64,000 nt of DNA from the IMG/VR virus record IMGVR_UViG_2894657497_000001, positions 1 to 64,000 of that record. One strand, given 5' to 3'. Each line of letters starts with the position of its first letter. The first letter of the stretch is position 1. Made by a program: the position numbers and the translations under genes. Below are positions 29,730 through 41,290 of this stretch, one piece after another. The notes under the pieces are model-generated. The model was not told the DNA's origin. It worked only from the letters and a program-made list of their open reading frames with translations, and made no database searches. Origin of the DNA: a virus. Its lineage: Duplodnaviria > Caudoviricetes.

Positions 29730-32700
29730 CTACCGCGGCCCAGAGATATGGAGCCGTGACTCCCCCACCCTACCCCGCAAAGGCGTCGTCTCGATAACGG
29801 CGCCTTTCGTTTTCACGCTGATGGAGATACCCACCATTCCGCAGGTACAGTGGACCTCACCGCAGGCTGGGCAGACAGGGCAACCCACACAATCGATACG
29901 GCCCGGGAACCGACCGCATAAAAAGCGCGAGACAACAGCATCCATAGTGGGATCGAAAGAAAGGCGCTCGCCGTAGGCAATACAGTTGACCTTGAACCGG
30001 TCGACGACCAGGCCGTGAACCGGATCCTGGTCGCCGGCAATATCTCCGGCAGCCGGCAGATCCACGAAGTCATGGCCGCAGGCCGGGCAGAAAGCATCCG
30101 ACTCGTCAGGCAGGTAGGAACAGTTGGGACAAATAAGCGGCATAGAACCCTCCAGGGTCATATGCCGCAATTATATCAAGGGGAACTCCCCGTGTCTATG
30201 GGGATATTACGGTTTTTCGCCCTACGAACCGGCTCCCATAAGGGACCAGCCGACCATGGCCGCAGGTAGGGCACACCTCCAAGTGATCGTCGTCGTGCGC
30301 CAGGGGATGGCCGCAGCACCAGCACTCGCGGACATAAGCATCGACGTTCTCGTAAGGGTCCAGGGCATCAACTTGCATCTGGCACCTCACAGAACCACCT
30401 CAAATAGCCATCCACCGCGAGCAGGAACGTCTGGCACTCGCGGGGGGATCCGATGAACAGCGTCACCTTACCGGCCAGAGCCACCGGAGAGCGGGCCTTT
30501 TTTATGACAGCGATCACGTCGCGGTAGCGCACCACCCCCAACCCGTAAGGCGTACTTTTCAGCACGCCGGTATTGAGCCCAGAGCACAACGATTCAAGCT
30601 GACGGAGTGTGGTCTTCAACTGAGCCTCCCACCTTTTCCAGAATGTCGCGGCCATTTTCAAGCGCCCGGACCAAACTGCTCTTGGTCATATCAATGCCCG
30701 CCAGAACGAGAATGCAGGATTTTAGCGCCGATACAAGCTCGTCGTGTTCCGCCTTCCGGGCCTCCGTTACCGCCTCGGCAAACACGCTGCCGGGCTTCGC
30801 CAGGGCAATAGCATCCTGAAGCTGGCGCCGTGCGCCATTTGCACAGGAGCGGGCCTGGGGCGTCAGATCGTCGCAAAGCTGAACCACCGCCAAGGCGGTC
30901 TCGGCCTCGTCGGCAGCAGACAACAAAACCTTTGTGACATCCACGGCGGCGGCTTCTGTATCATCGACTTTATCGGAAGCATGTGGCTCGATCTCGGCTC
31001 TACACACCGGGCACCGATCATTGCATTTTGAATCCCACAGATCGCTCCAGATTCGGCCACAGTGGGTATAATGGTTCAAAAACTTAGGCATTAGAAACCT
31101 CCAAACGAATGATAAACGGTCAAGAGAATAATAGGCCAATAGCTAGAGCGCACCCCCCGCGAGCCCGCAGTAGCCTATTGCATTCGGGTCAAAATCCCTT
31201 TTCAGGTCCAAAAACCAAAAAGGTTCCTCGGTATCATCGAATGTGGGCACACCAGAGGCTGTCCAACCAACAGGGATCACAAAATTGAGCGACAAATTCC
31301 GGCATTGTTCAATATATTTATGCCACGCCGCCTCATGCTCATCACCTGTGGCAACTGCCCATTTACCATCGGAGAAGTCCGGCTTTTCCACGCCAGCAAG
31401 GGCAAAATCCTGCTCGCTCTTATATACCAGCTTTGTGAGGACAGGAGCAAATACCCAGTTCCAGCACATGCACGATGGGCCGAGACAGCTAGAACTTTGC
31501 CTATTCATAGGGCACTGCTTCTCTCGGGCTTCTTTTTCAGTCACATGCATATCAAACAACCTCCTTTTGGATTTAAAAATATGGTCAACACCAGAGACAA
31601 GACTGACGATCAGAATGATCACGCGAACAATTCCAGCATCGGCATGGCCGAGCCTCCGAACAAAGCCACCTGCAGATTGGCGTCGTAGGCCTTCTCCCCC
31701 TCGAAGGAATCCACCACGGCCCGCTCGGGAACGGTCAACTGCCGATATGGCCGCGCCCCGAAGTCGCCCGGCAACCAGCCCTTGCCGCGGCAAGCCACGA
31801 CGTTGAACCGGCGCAGGATATCATCGTCACGGAACGTGAGATGAACGGTGCCCTTCTTATGGCAAGTGATCCTGAAATATGTACTTTGAATGCCGGACGA
31901 TTCACCGCGAGAAAAGGCATTTTTGATCGCATCAGACATCGGATGATAAGGAACGCCACCATCAAAATAATTCATAACTTTATCGATATCGTCCAAGAAG
32001 TCCGCCGCCCCATAGTTGAGATCCCAACCAGAATAGCCAACAAATGGCGAGCCGTAGCTGGCCCGCACCGGAACCACCACCCGCTTGCCGACCTTGAATG
32101 CCTTATTGGTTTTCCACCCATTGAAATAGTGGATGTTTTTCTCGTAAAGCCCATCATCCCAGCAATGCCGGACCGTGAACATATCGAAGATATCCAGAAC
32201 GGCCTCGGTCAGCGTTTTTTCGGCGCTTCCGATCAGATTGAGCCCGAACTGCCGGATGTTGCTCTCGGTAAAATCCATGTGGCAGTGCTCGGACAAGGAG
32301 TGCTCGAACTCCTGCCGTTTCGCAGACGTGAGCCGGGCCTTGAAGTCCTTAAGCTCCAGTGTCCGGCGCCAGAAGTCGGTGCGGACAGCAACCAATAAGG
32401 CATTGAGCGTGCCCTGCATCTTGCCGGTCAGATCATCGCCAGAATAGGAGTAGCTGTCGGATTCTTTATTGAGGCCCAGATACTTCCCAATCTTCCGATA
32501 ATTTTTGTAGTACGCCAGGATGGTCTCGGTCCCCAGGCTCACGACCTCGTTGTACTCCGCCACAAGCTCGGGGATACTCCGACCGGTGGAAACCTCATTT
32601 TTATCGCTGACGGTCTGATACGCCCGGGCCGCATGATCGTCGCAGCCAGCGAATAGATCATCTTCGACATTCCGGGTAATCACGACATTGACCAGGGCCA

Positions 32701-34734
32701 CCTCCACGTTGGTTTTCCGCTCGGCGCTGGCAAAGGCCCCATGGATGAACTCGATCTCCGCCCCAAGCTCTTCCAGGCGCCGCACAAGCAGCTTCCGATT
32801 ATTGGTGTGCGGATTACGCAGGGTCTCGGCATTCAGCAGGAAGATGATCTGCCCGCGATACATGATATCGAGCGCTTTCAGCAGATGCAGATCGCCGTCG
32901 TCGAACGGAGGATTTGCGATAATCAGGTCAAATTTATCGGGACCGGCGAACCCCATGAAATCGGAATCAATCACCTTGACGTCGTTCCCCCGAAGCGCCG
33001 CCTGCAGGATCGGGTCGATCTCGATGGCGGAAACCTCAAACCGGCTGTTGCTGTACTTGAACGAGTCTTTGAGCCCATTGATCAGATCACCCTTGCCGGC
33101 AGACGGCTCCAAAACTTTCACGGGATGACCCTTTATTTTGCTGACCATCTTTGACACCAGCGCCGGGGGCGTCGGGTAAAAATTTTTATTGTCGAACACG
33201 AGGCATATCCTCCATTGTTTGATATACGCTACAAGCTAGGCATGCGAACGGACGCCAGCGCAGAAATCACACAGCCCGATGCCACGGTCACAGTAGCAAT
33301 TCATCAAGGACATAGCCACCTGAAGACGGACATCATGCGGAAGATCAGCGACCGGCACCCGCTCCCACCGGGAAAGATCGGGAATATCCATCCAGGCGCC
33401 GGAGTCGATAGCCCGCCGATAAACGAAGTCGCCGCCAGGAGGCAGCAGCAGGACAGCACCGTTTTTAAAGAGCGTCTTGTAGCCTTCCTGCCGCCACATG
33501 CGAGCATTTTTCCAGGGCTTTGGGGTCATGGATGTTCACCTTTCGCCCTTGCAATTAAGGGTTTAGCTTTTTGCAGAGAGCACGTTTTACAAGCACATTT
33601 GTCTCCAAGGCTCGGCTGGTGCGCGTAACGCTCCACCATGCAGTCGGTGAGAAGTTCCAACACATCCAACAGTTCTGGGGCGACGGAGATTAGTGCGGCG
33701 TAGGCTTCTTGCTCTGGTGATGGTCCTCGGTATGTAACCACGGGGGCGGTTTTGGCATCTGCAACGGTAATGGACCGGGTTCCCATCTGGTTTCCCCTGC
33801 GTATAATCCTCCACGGACCCCTGATGTGTTTGCTCATGGCCGCCCTCCCCCCGCTTTCGCTATGGCGGCAAGAGCCTTATCGATACGAGCTTGTGCATCC
33901 GGCTTTTGCTCGTCAGGCAACCGTTCCGCCAACAGCCGGAATGGAGCCAGCACTGCATGCAGGGCGTCCAGCAGTTCGGGATACGCAGCGAAGCCAGCAG
34001 CCACCTGGTCGAGGCCTTCCACCGGGCAGCCAGTAAGCGCCGGCGACCAGGCGATTGCAACAACGCGCTTCCCATCGGCATCCAGCACCATGGGCGATTT
34101 AAGCAGCACGGAGCCCGTAGCATCGCCACGAGTAAAGGACAACGGTAATTTCATGATTTACCTCCAAATAAAATTTTTTAGCGTAACACAGGATGAACTA
34201 TTTCAGGGGTTCCCAAAGTCCCGAAAAATGCAATAACGCCGCCCCCACCGGCCAGAATAATCAAAAGATGCGGTCGAAATCGGGCTCCCCTTCGGTCGGG
34301 TCGGCCAAAAACTTGTCCCGGTCGATGACATCAGCACAAGACAGAAAGGTATCCAACATCTTCTCGGCGAGGTCGGCATTACCGGAGCACCACCGGCTCT
34401 CGTTATCCCAGATAAACAGATATTCCTCGCCAGTGCGGGCCTTAATCCTTACCTCCGTAACCCAGCAGGGGATGGTGATGGTGACCTCGTAATTGTTCGG
34501 CAGCGCAAAACCATAATCGGTGCAGAAACACCGGTCGTCTTTTACGACGGATCCGCAATCCACGCATTTTTCGCCTTCGTGTTTACCTGCCTCGGGAGTT
34601 TCAAAGCCCTGGCCCAAAGTCAGGTAGCCCACATAGGTGTCAACGCATGTCGGGTCGACGCGGCCCACGGTCTTCGACGAATGCGAGCCGATGATGCTGA
34701 TCAGGTTGGCGAAATAGTCGATCCGGTTTCTCAT
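29730..34734 (-). other. Minus-strand island of small genes plus a DNA MTase, inserted in the head module
   Basis: Consecutive minus-strand ORFs (29730-30170, 30196-30390, 30594-~31091, 31143-~31550, 31619-33199, 33236-33529, 33526-33837, 33834-34154, 34261-34734). Confidence 0.7.
31619..33199 (-). CDS. DUF4942-type class I SAM-dependent (probably N6-adenine) DNA methyltransferase
   Basis: NFYPTP, VLEPSAGKG, IIANPPF motifs; C-terminal YFRITCHKKGTVHLTF. Confidence 0.85.
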   Translation of the reverse strand: MFDNKNFYPTPPALVSKMVSKIKGHPVKVLEPSAGKGDLINGLKDSFKYSNSRFEVSAIEIDPILQAALRGNDVKVIDSDFMGFAGPDKFDLIIANPPFDDGDLHLLKALDIMYRGQIIFLLNAETLRNPHTNNRKLLVRRLEELGAEIEFIHGAFASAERKTNVEVALVNVVITRNVEDDLFAGCDDHAARAYQTVSDKNEVSTGRSIPELVAEYNEVVSLGTETILAYYKNYRKIGKYLGLNKESDSYSYSGDDLTGKMQGTLNALLVAVRTDFWRRTLELKDFKARLTSAKRQEFEHSLSEHCHMDFTESNIRQFGLNLIGSAEKTLTEAVLDIFDMFTVRHCWDDGLYEKNIHYFNGWKTNKAFKVGKRVVVPVRASYGSPFVGYSGWDLNYGAADFLDDIDKVMNYFDGGVPYHPMSDAIKNAFSRGESSGIQSTYFRITCHKKGTVHLTFRDDDILRRFNVVACRGKGWLPGDFGARPYRQLTVPERAVVDSFEGEKAYDANLQVALFGGSAMPMLELFA

Positions 34735-34863
34735 TGCAATATCCTCCAAGGGTAGAATGACTACGGATGAGACAAGATGCCCGGCCAGAATGATGCGGCA
34801 AAGTGTTTGATATGCGCTACACCATGCCATATACTTAGCGCAACTACCTTTCCGGGGGCAAGA

Positions 34864-37800
34864 ATGATCTCACTGATTAAGAGAATTTTAACCAAATCCC
34901 AAATGTCGCTTTTCGACTGGACCCCTACCCATGAAGAAACCAGGGCGAGACAGGGATATACCAGACATACCGCATCGGGCGCCGCCGTGCAGGTGAAACC
35001 CACCATGGCGAAAGTAACGGTCAGGGGCGGTGATGGGGAAGACCTCCACCACGGGCAGAAGGTCTACTACCGGATGCCGGGTCAACCGCGCAAAAAAAAG
35101 GGCACCATCGTCAGCGGCAGCCACGAGGCCGGCTTTGTTATCCAGCCGAACAGGGAAGGATACGTGTTCCACCCGCCCAAGATATCGGCGCACCGTGATC
35201 ACATATGGACCCCCGACGAGCACCAGGCAGAATCGGCCAAAAGCAATATCCGGGAGACGACCTCGGGAGGCGGCAGCACCATCAGCGCCGACGAGAGCAA
35301 ACGCAGGGCCGAAATCGGCCAGCAGAGGGCACAACTGTCTGAGGCCGAGGTACTACAGCACCCCGCCTTTGTTAAGCGCATGCGGGCGGTCCTGTCGCAT
35401 CTGGCGGGCACAAACGGATTCAACCCCCACTTTGTAGAGGCCAACGGCGTCCTGCACAACGACGATCCTGACGCCAACGAGCTCTACAGCGAATATATCA
35501 CGGCGGCCATGAACTCCTACCGCACCGAAACCAGCAAGGCCCCCCAGGCGGACCTCGACGAACTCAAGGCAAACCTTGAAGGCAAGAGCAAAGAGAGCCG
35601 GATACTCCTATCCATGACCCGCGCCGGCAAGACGGCGGCCCTGCGCCACCTCATGGATAACAAGGAGCGCCAGCAGAACGAGAACTCCTATGACTCGGGA
35701 GCAGAGGACGACTTCGAGAGCGGGATGCAGGGACTCTCCGGCGCCGTAGTCGAGAAAAAGGGAGAGCAGGCGACGGCCTCCGACAAGGCCCAACTGGAAA
35801 CCGGCATCCTCCGCCAACTGAAGCGCATGGACGACCCCATCGCCGAAGCGATAGTCAAAATGAAATTCGGCCTCGGAAACTTCGAGCACGGATACAAGGA
35901 GTCGGATATTGCCGCGGCTCTGAACCGGAAGCGGATACCGGCACCGGACGGCGATGCCTGGGACAAGGAGCAGGTACAGACCCGGATGAAGACCGCGCTG
36001 GGGCAACTGGCCCGCACCAAGGGCGCACAGGAACTCCGCGGATTTCTCAAAAGCATGAAAGCGCTCGAAACGCTCCGCAAGGCCGAGAGCCAGAATACCG
36101 TTTGCGTGGATTTTGACGGCGTCATAGCGGACTACTCGCAGGGTTTCCAAGGAGCCGATATATTCGGGGCGCCGATCAAAGATCCCGGTACCGGTCTCAC
36201 GGCAGCCGATGTGCTATCGGAACTCAAAGCCAATGGATGGAAGGTGATCATATTCACCACCAGGCAGGACACCCCTGCCCTGCGCGATTACCTCGCCATG
36301 GCCGGCGTGCCATACGACGAGATCAACACCAACAGCGACCAGCCGGAGGGCACCAACCCCGGGAAGCCGATAGCAGACGCCTACCTCGATGACCGGGCGG
36401 TGCGTTTTACCTCGTGGGACAAAGCAGCGCGGGATCTCAAAACCATCAACAAGAGCGTCCGCATGGTCGGATCGGCCAAGCTGTACGACCTCATGGACCG
36501 GTTCCTGCTGATCAAATCCCATGTGCGCCAATATGTGCGTCAGGACGGCAGCGTCGTTCAGGCCCACGACGACAAGCGTATCAAGAAGCACCAGGACATC
36601 CTCCGGCACCAGAACGAGCACCACGAAGAGATCCACACCGGGGCCACGATCAAGCACGGCGACGAACTGGCAGAGCACCTCAAGAACCAGGGATGGAAAG
36701 CCCGCGAGGTCCACCCCGTCGAGAAGGACGAAAAGGCCAAGCCCGGCAAGAAGGAAGACATGCCGGAGCATGAGGAAATCCAGGCCAAGAACCGGGACAA
36801 CCCCGCCCTTCAAACCGCAGAACGGGGCATGAAAAAGATGCGCGAGGCGGCCCTTGCCAGCGACGACCCGGCAGCGGTACTGCACACCATGAATACCTCC
36901 CGGTCGAACACCTACACGGCGGCGGTAGACGACTACCGGGAGAAGCTGCTCAACCACCTGGGGTACAAGGTCAACCGGGACAAGACCGCCACCAAATACG
37001 ACAAGGACGGGCACACGCTCATCATGTCGAAGGATGGCGACAAGCATACCATCCACTTTGCCGGGGGTGATGCCGCCGCCAAGGACAAGGCCATCGGCAA
37101 CCTGCAGGGCAAGAAGGAGGTCCAGAGCGTCGACACGGGCAAGAAGACGCTGACGTTTACCTTCGGCAAGGACGACAAGTCCTATACCGCCAAACTGAAT
37201 CCGGTCCACAGCAAATATGCGCTGGTGGAGGCCGACGACCTGACGACGAGCCACACGATCCAGGGGCACGTCAATAAGGCATACCCCCAGGAAATCCAGC
37301 CGAGGGAGCGCGAACGCCTGTCCAGCCAGATGCAGATGGCGAACATGATGAACGACATCAAGCCCGAGCTATTCACCGGCGCCGGCATGGCCGCCCACGG
37401 CGCCCCCATCGTCGGCAAGGACGGAGCAGTGGAGTCGGGGAACGGTCGCACCATCGCGCTGGCCGAGGCGTACCAGCGCGGTCTGGCCGATCACTACAAG
37501 GAGCATATCAAAAAGAACGCCGCAGATTTTGGCCTGAAACCGGAAGACGTCGACAAGATGAAAAACCCGGTGCTGGTCAGGGTGAGGAACGACGACGATC
37601 CGAACACGGACCGGGCAGAGTTCGCCCGGGAGGCCAACGACACCGGGAATCTCGGTTCCTCGCCGGCAGAACAGGCATGGACCGACGCCAGCAGGATCGA
37701 CGACACGCTGCTCAAGAAGTTCATGGTCGACGAAGACGGGGAAGTCTACAACGACGACAACATGGAATTTATCAACGGATTCCTCGATAAGCTGGGCAAG

Positions 37801-39984
37801 AACGAGGCAGCCGGCCTCCGTGACGCCGATGGCGACCCGAACAAGAAATGCATCGAGCGGATACAAAACGCGGTATTTACGAAGGTGTACGGAAGCTCCG
37901 TGCTGACCGAATTGCAGGCCGAGAGTGCGAAGCCGAAGATACGGAACGTCATGAAGGCGCTCAACGCATGCGTCCCCGACTTTGCCCAGACGCAGGGGCA
38001 TGACGACCTGGATGTGGTGCCGGACATGATGGAGGCCATAGAGTACACCATGGCCCACCAGAGCGAGAGCCGGGCCGAACTGGAACACAACCTGCGGAAT
38101 GCCGGCGCTCTGGATTTCACCGGAGACACGCCGAAATTCAAAACTGATTTCGCAGTGGACATGATACTGGCCGTGGCCGACCGCACCGGATCCAGGAACC
38201 GCCTGGAGAACGTGTTCCGGGCGATCAGCAACGGGATAAAGGACGAGGTCGCCAGCAGGGAGAACCCAGAGGTGGATATGTTCTCCGGGCCGGCCAAGCC
38301 GAAGACCAAACAGCAGGTGGTAAAGCAGGCGCTTGACAAGGTGAGCCATTCCGATGAAGGTGTCAGGAAGTCATTGTGCGCCGCAGGCTTATACCTACTC
38401 ACGAAAACCAAGGGAGGGACATATGGCAGAACTGACCGAAGCACAGAAGTATGCCCGCAAGTCGAAACTGTTGCAAAAAGCACTGGCCGACGCGGACAAG
38501 ATGGACGCAGCCGACAAGAAAAAAGCAACGGCGGAGAAGGCAAAGAAGAAACCGGAGACTGCGGCAAAGAAGGAGCAGTAGAACATCACTGCACAAAGAA
38601 TACTTGCCCATCTTGTGGGTCGGAAACGACCTGCCGATGCATCAGAACCCCAAAAACCAAAGTCAAAATAACGCATGAACAGTGCTATTACTGCAAAACA
38701 GGTGAGCCCCGAGGCCCCCTGTTTAAAGCCGAATGTTCAGGCGTGTACCTGCTGCGCAAGAGCAACCCGAACCATGGCGAACATGGCAGGTTCGCAACAG
38801 GTAGCACCACGAAAACAAACGGTCCTAACTACCTCTCCCCCACGGCAGAAACCAAAATTGGTCGTGGGATGGAAATTGCCAGAATGCTGAAACCACTCAA
38901 TGTCCCCGACCTATATAACAGCAACAATGTCACCATGGAAGAAGCGAAAAGCATAGGGACGCAATACTATAGGCTGAAATTGATGCCAACACCGATAAAC
39001 AGCCCGGCATTTAATGGTGCCCCCATCAGATTTACTGAAACAGGATTGGCACATTTGCTTGGCAAGCACATGCGAGAAATACCGGAAGCCAGCATAAAAA
39101 GAAGGCTCAAATTGCTTCCGAAAGTTAAAGCAACACTCGAAACAACACCGTTCGTAGATGAAATTCGAGACAGGGCAGATGGGGCAAAAGAGTATGGTCT
39201 GCTCGGAAGGTTCACAGACGGAGAAGTAATACGGGTGGCATTGGAAGAAAAGGTTGTCGGGGAAAGAACTTTCTTGACGGTATACGATTGGGAGGACGTA
39301 AGTAAAAAAATCAAGCGGGAATCCCAGCCGAACCCGCTCGCGGATGGCGCACTTCGTGGGGTGGGCGTGGCACCACATGCAACCATCCAAGACAATATTA
39401 CCAAATCCACAATTTTGTGCAAGAGCAAAAACATCACCTTCAACTATGTGATTTTATCGGAAGAACTGTACCTCATCAGAAGAAAGGCACCGACCCCAAA
39501 TGATGCCGCAGTTCGACATCCCGAGTTCTTGATCAAGGCCCGCCCCCTCCATGGCCGCATAGACTTCAACGGCCTGAAAGTGAGCGTCGAGAACCGCATG
39601 GGCAGCATCCGGCAGTGGGAGGATCCGAACAACGGCGAAAACGGCATGACCAGGATGAAACGGCCATATGGGTACGTCAAAGGTACGCTCGGCGTCGATG
39701 GCGACCATTACGACGTCTATGTCGGGCCGGACCGGGAGGCCCCCAACGTTTATATCATCACCCAAATGAAGGCCCCGGAATTCGCCGAAGTGGACGAGGA
39801 AAAGGCTCTGCTCGGATTCCCCAGCCAGGAGGACGCCGAAAAGTTCTACCTACAGCACTACAATGACCCGAGATTCTTGGGCAAGATAACGCCCATGCCG
39901 TTCGAGGAATTCAAGGCCCAGGTGATGACAACCAGGGCAAACCCCAGGCTGCTGGCGGAAGGCATTGGTACGCCCGCTGCGTAG
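34864..39984 (+). CDS. Large polyvalent (multidomain) protein: sigma70-like, HAD phosphatase, ddrB/ParB-like, Barnase/RelE-like (LPD/PBECR-type) and inorganic-pyrophosphatase-like domains
   Basis: KMKFGL...DIAAAL...KTALGQL...LRGFL (sigma region 4-like); CVDFDGVI...KPIADAYLDDRA (HAD); QPRER...GAPIV...ESGNGR (ParB-like); IRFTETGLAHL; YGYVKGTLGVDGDHYDVYVG...DEEKALLGF (InPase-like). Confidence 0.75.
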   Translation: MISLIKRILTKSQMSLFDWTPTHEETRARQGYTRHTASGAAVQVKPTMAKVTVRGGDGEDLHHGQKVYYRMPGQPRKKKGTIVSGSHEAGFVIQPNREGYVFHPPKISAHRDHIWTPDEHQAESAKSNIRETTSGGGSTISADESKRRAEIGQQRAQLSEAEVLQHPAFVKRMRAVLSHLAGTNGFNPHFVEANGVLHNDDPDANELYSEYITAAMNSYRTETSKAPQADLDELKANLEGKSKESRILLSMTRAGKTAALRHLMDNKERQQNENSYDSGAEDDFESGMQGLSGAVVEKKGEQATASDKAQLETGILRQLKRMDDPIAEAIVKMKFGLGNFEHGYKESDIAAALNRKRIPAPDGDAWDKEQVQTRMKTALGQLARTKGAQELRGFLKSMKALETLRKAESQNTVCVDFDGVIADYSQGFQGADIFGAPIKDPGTGLTAADVLSELKANGWKVIIFTTRQDTPALRDYLAMAGVPYDEINTNSDQPEGTNPGKPIADAYLDDRAVRFTSWDKAARDLKTINKSVRMVGSAKLYDLMDRFLLIKSHVRQYVRQDGSVVQAHDDKRIKKHQDILRHQNEHHEEIHTGATIKHGDELAEHLKNQGWKAREVHPVEKDEKAKPGKKEDMPEHEEIQAKNRDNPALQTAERGMKKMREAALASDDPAAVLHTMNTSRSNTYTAAVDDYREKLLNHLGYKVNRDKTATKYDKDGHTLIMSKDGDKHTIHFAGGDAAAKDKAIGNLQGKKEVQSVDTGKKTLTFTFGKDDKSYTAKLNPVHSKYALVEADDLTTSHTIQGHVNKAYPQEIQPRERERLSSQMQMANMMNDIKPELFTGAGMAAHGAPIVGKDGAVESGNGRTIALAEAYQRGLADHYKEHIKKNAADFGLKPEDVDKMKNPVLVRVRNDDDPNTDRAEFAREANDTGNLGSSPAEQAWTDASRIDDTLLKKFMVDEDGEVYNDDNMEFINGFLDKLGKNEAAGLRDADGDPNKKCIERIQNAVFTKVYGSSVLTELQAESAKPKIRNVMKALNACVPDFAQTQGHDDLDVVPDMMEAIEYTMAHQSESRAELEHNLRNAGALDFTGDTPKFKTDFAVDMILAVADRTGSRNRLENVFRAISNGIKDEVASRENPEVDMFSGPAKPKTKQQVVKQALDKVSHSDEGVRKSLCAAGLYLLTKTKGGTYGRTDRSTEVCPQVETVAKSTGRRGQDGRSRQEKSNGGEGKEETGDCGKEGAVEHHCTKNTCPSCGSETTCRCIRTPKTKVKITHEQCYYCKTGEPRGPLFKAECSGVYLLRKSNPNHGEHGRFATGSTTKTNGPNYLSPTAETKIGRGMEIARMLKPLNVPDLYNSNNVTMEEAKSIGTQYYRLKLMPTPINSPAFNGAPIRFTETGLAHLLGKHMREIPEASIKRRLKLLPKVKATLETTPFVDEIRDRADGAKEYGLLGRFTDGEVIRVALEEKVVGERTFLTVYDWEDVSKKIKRESQPNPLADGALRGVGVAPHATIQDNITKSTILCKSKNITFNYVILSEELYLIRRKAPTPNDAAVRHPEFLIKARPLHGRIDFNGLKVSVENRMGSIRQWEDPNNGENGMTRMKRPYGYVKGTLGVDGDHYDVYVGPDREAPNVYIITQMKAPEFAEVDEEKALLGFPSQEDAEKFYLQHYNDPRFLGKITPMPFEEFKAQVMTTRANPRLLAEGIGTPAA
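38423..38581 (+). CDS. Small Lys/Ala-rich ORF nested out of frame within the polyvalent gene
   Basis: Strong RBS AGGGAGG; MAELTEAQKYARKSKLLQKALADADKMDAADKKKATAEKAKKKPETAAKKEQ. Confidence 0.45.
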   Translation: MAELTEAQKYARKSKLLQKALADADKMDAADKKKATAEKAKKKPETAAKKEQ

Positions 39985-40011
39985 CGCATACCAAACAAAG
40001 GAGGTGTTGCC

Positions 40012-40419
40012 GTGAACTGCAACGAATGTACGACCCACTGCATAAAATGCGACGACTTTGAAAACCAGGTAGACGGAGAAGCAGATATCACCACCCTTAA
40101 GGACATCAGAAAAACGCTGATGCAGCACAAGGTCCAGACCGATGGCAGCCTGTCGGGCAAGATCGCCGATTGGTTGACCTCGAAGATCGGCACGATGGCC
40201 TGCATTTACCTGTTCACGATTTTTGTGAGCATCCCCTTTATCTTCCCGAAGACCCTGGAAATCGTCCAGTTCGTCGGTGGAACGTACATCCCCCTGGTGC
40301 TCATGCCGCTGATTATGGTCGCCAGCAACCGCACCGACAAAATCCGCGAGATCAGAGCAGAGCGGGAATACCGCATCCTCCTGGTGTCAGACCGGATCGA
40401 CGAAGTGATGGGAGATTAA
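40012..40419 (+). CDS. Membrane protein (DUF1003-like, two TM helices)
   Basis: KIADWLTSKIGTMACIYLF...LMPLIMVASNR. Confidence 0.55.
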   Translation: MNCNECTTHCIKCDDFENQVDGEADITTLKDIRKTLMQHKVQTDGSLSGKIADWLTSKIGTMACIYLFTIFVSIPFIFPKTLEIVQFVGGTYIPLVLMPLIMVASNRTDKIREIRAEREYRILLVSDRIDEVMGD

Positions 40420-40421
40420 AA

Positions 40422-40898
40422 ATGGCAGGCAAGATGATCAAACGCACCCTGACCGAGATAGTGGTGGTGCCCGAGCACGGCGAGCGTACCGAATCGGCGG
40501 AGTTCCGCAGGACCAAAAAGAGGCTCAAAGCAGACGGGCATTTCAAATGCTGGGTATGCGGAGCCACGGAGGATATCGAGGTCCACCACTACGGCGGCGA
40601 GTGGAGCCTGAGTAATGATATCGACTTTGCAAAGCTCAAGGAGTTTTGCGAGGAATGGGACGTGTACGGGTATGGCCGTCTGCTCAAGGCCCAGCCGATC
40701 ACGACCGTAGACGATATCCGAAACGCAATGTGCCTGTGCAGGGAGCACCACACCTCTGACGGCAACGACGGAGTCAACAACGGGATCCACTTTATAACCT
40801 TCCCCATCTGGATCGCCCAGCGGCTGGCCAAGGCCGGGGAGAGCCCGGTACCGGACGACACCGCAGACCTCAAAGAAGAACTGGCAAAAGCAGACTGA
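40422..40898 (+). CDS. HNH-like zinc-binding protein
   Basis: CWVCG...EVHH...NAMCLCREHH...GIH. Confidence 0.6.
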   Translation: MAGKMIKRTLTEIVVVPEHGERTESAEFRRTKKRLKADGHFKCWVCGATEDIEVHHYGGEWSLSNDIDFAKLKEFCEEWDVYGYGRLLKAQPITTVDDIRNAMCLCREHHTSDGNDGVNNGIHFITFPIWIAQRLAKAGESPVPDDTADLKEELAKAD

Positions 40899-40899
40899 T

Positions 40900-41220
40900 A
40901 TGGAGGCACTCGCACACGCGCAAATAAGCCGGCACGCATGGAAACGGTTTGTCGAACGCTGGGAGGGGGAGCGCCCCCTCTGCTACAGGCAGGAACTGCA
41001 ACGCTTGATGGAAGCCGCTTGGGAGGAAGACCTGGGATATGGCGCCACGGTGAGGATGATCAAAAACGGATTTTCTCCGGCCCGCTATTTTACCACCGAG
41101 GGATGGCGATTCGTTACCGACGAAGAGGTAAGCAAGATACTGACGATAGAGCGGTCATACCTTGGGTACAAGAAGCCAAACCGCAAGATGCGGGACAAGA
41201 AGCGCTACGGGAAACGGTAA
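40900..41220 (+). CDS. Hypothetical protein
   Basis: ISRHAWKRFVER N-terminus. Confidence 0.5.
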   Translation: MEALAHAQISRHAWKRFVERWEGERPLCYRQELQRLMEAAWEEDLGYGATVRMIKNGFSPARYFTTEGWRFVTDEEVSKILTIERSYLGYKKPNRKMRDKKRYGKR

Positions 41221-41290
41221 CGGGGAGACAAATAGTTTGACATACGCTACACCCGCCAATACCATGAACATAACCAATGGGGAGGTGGTA

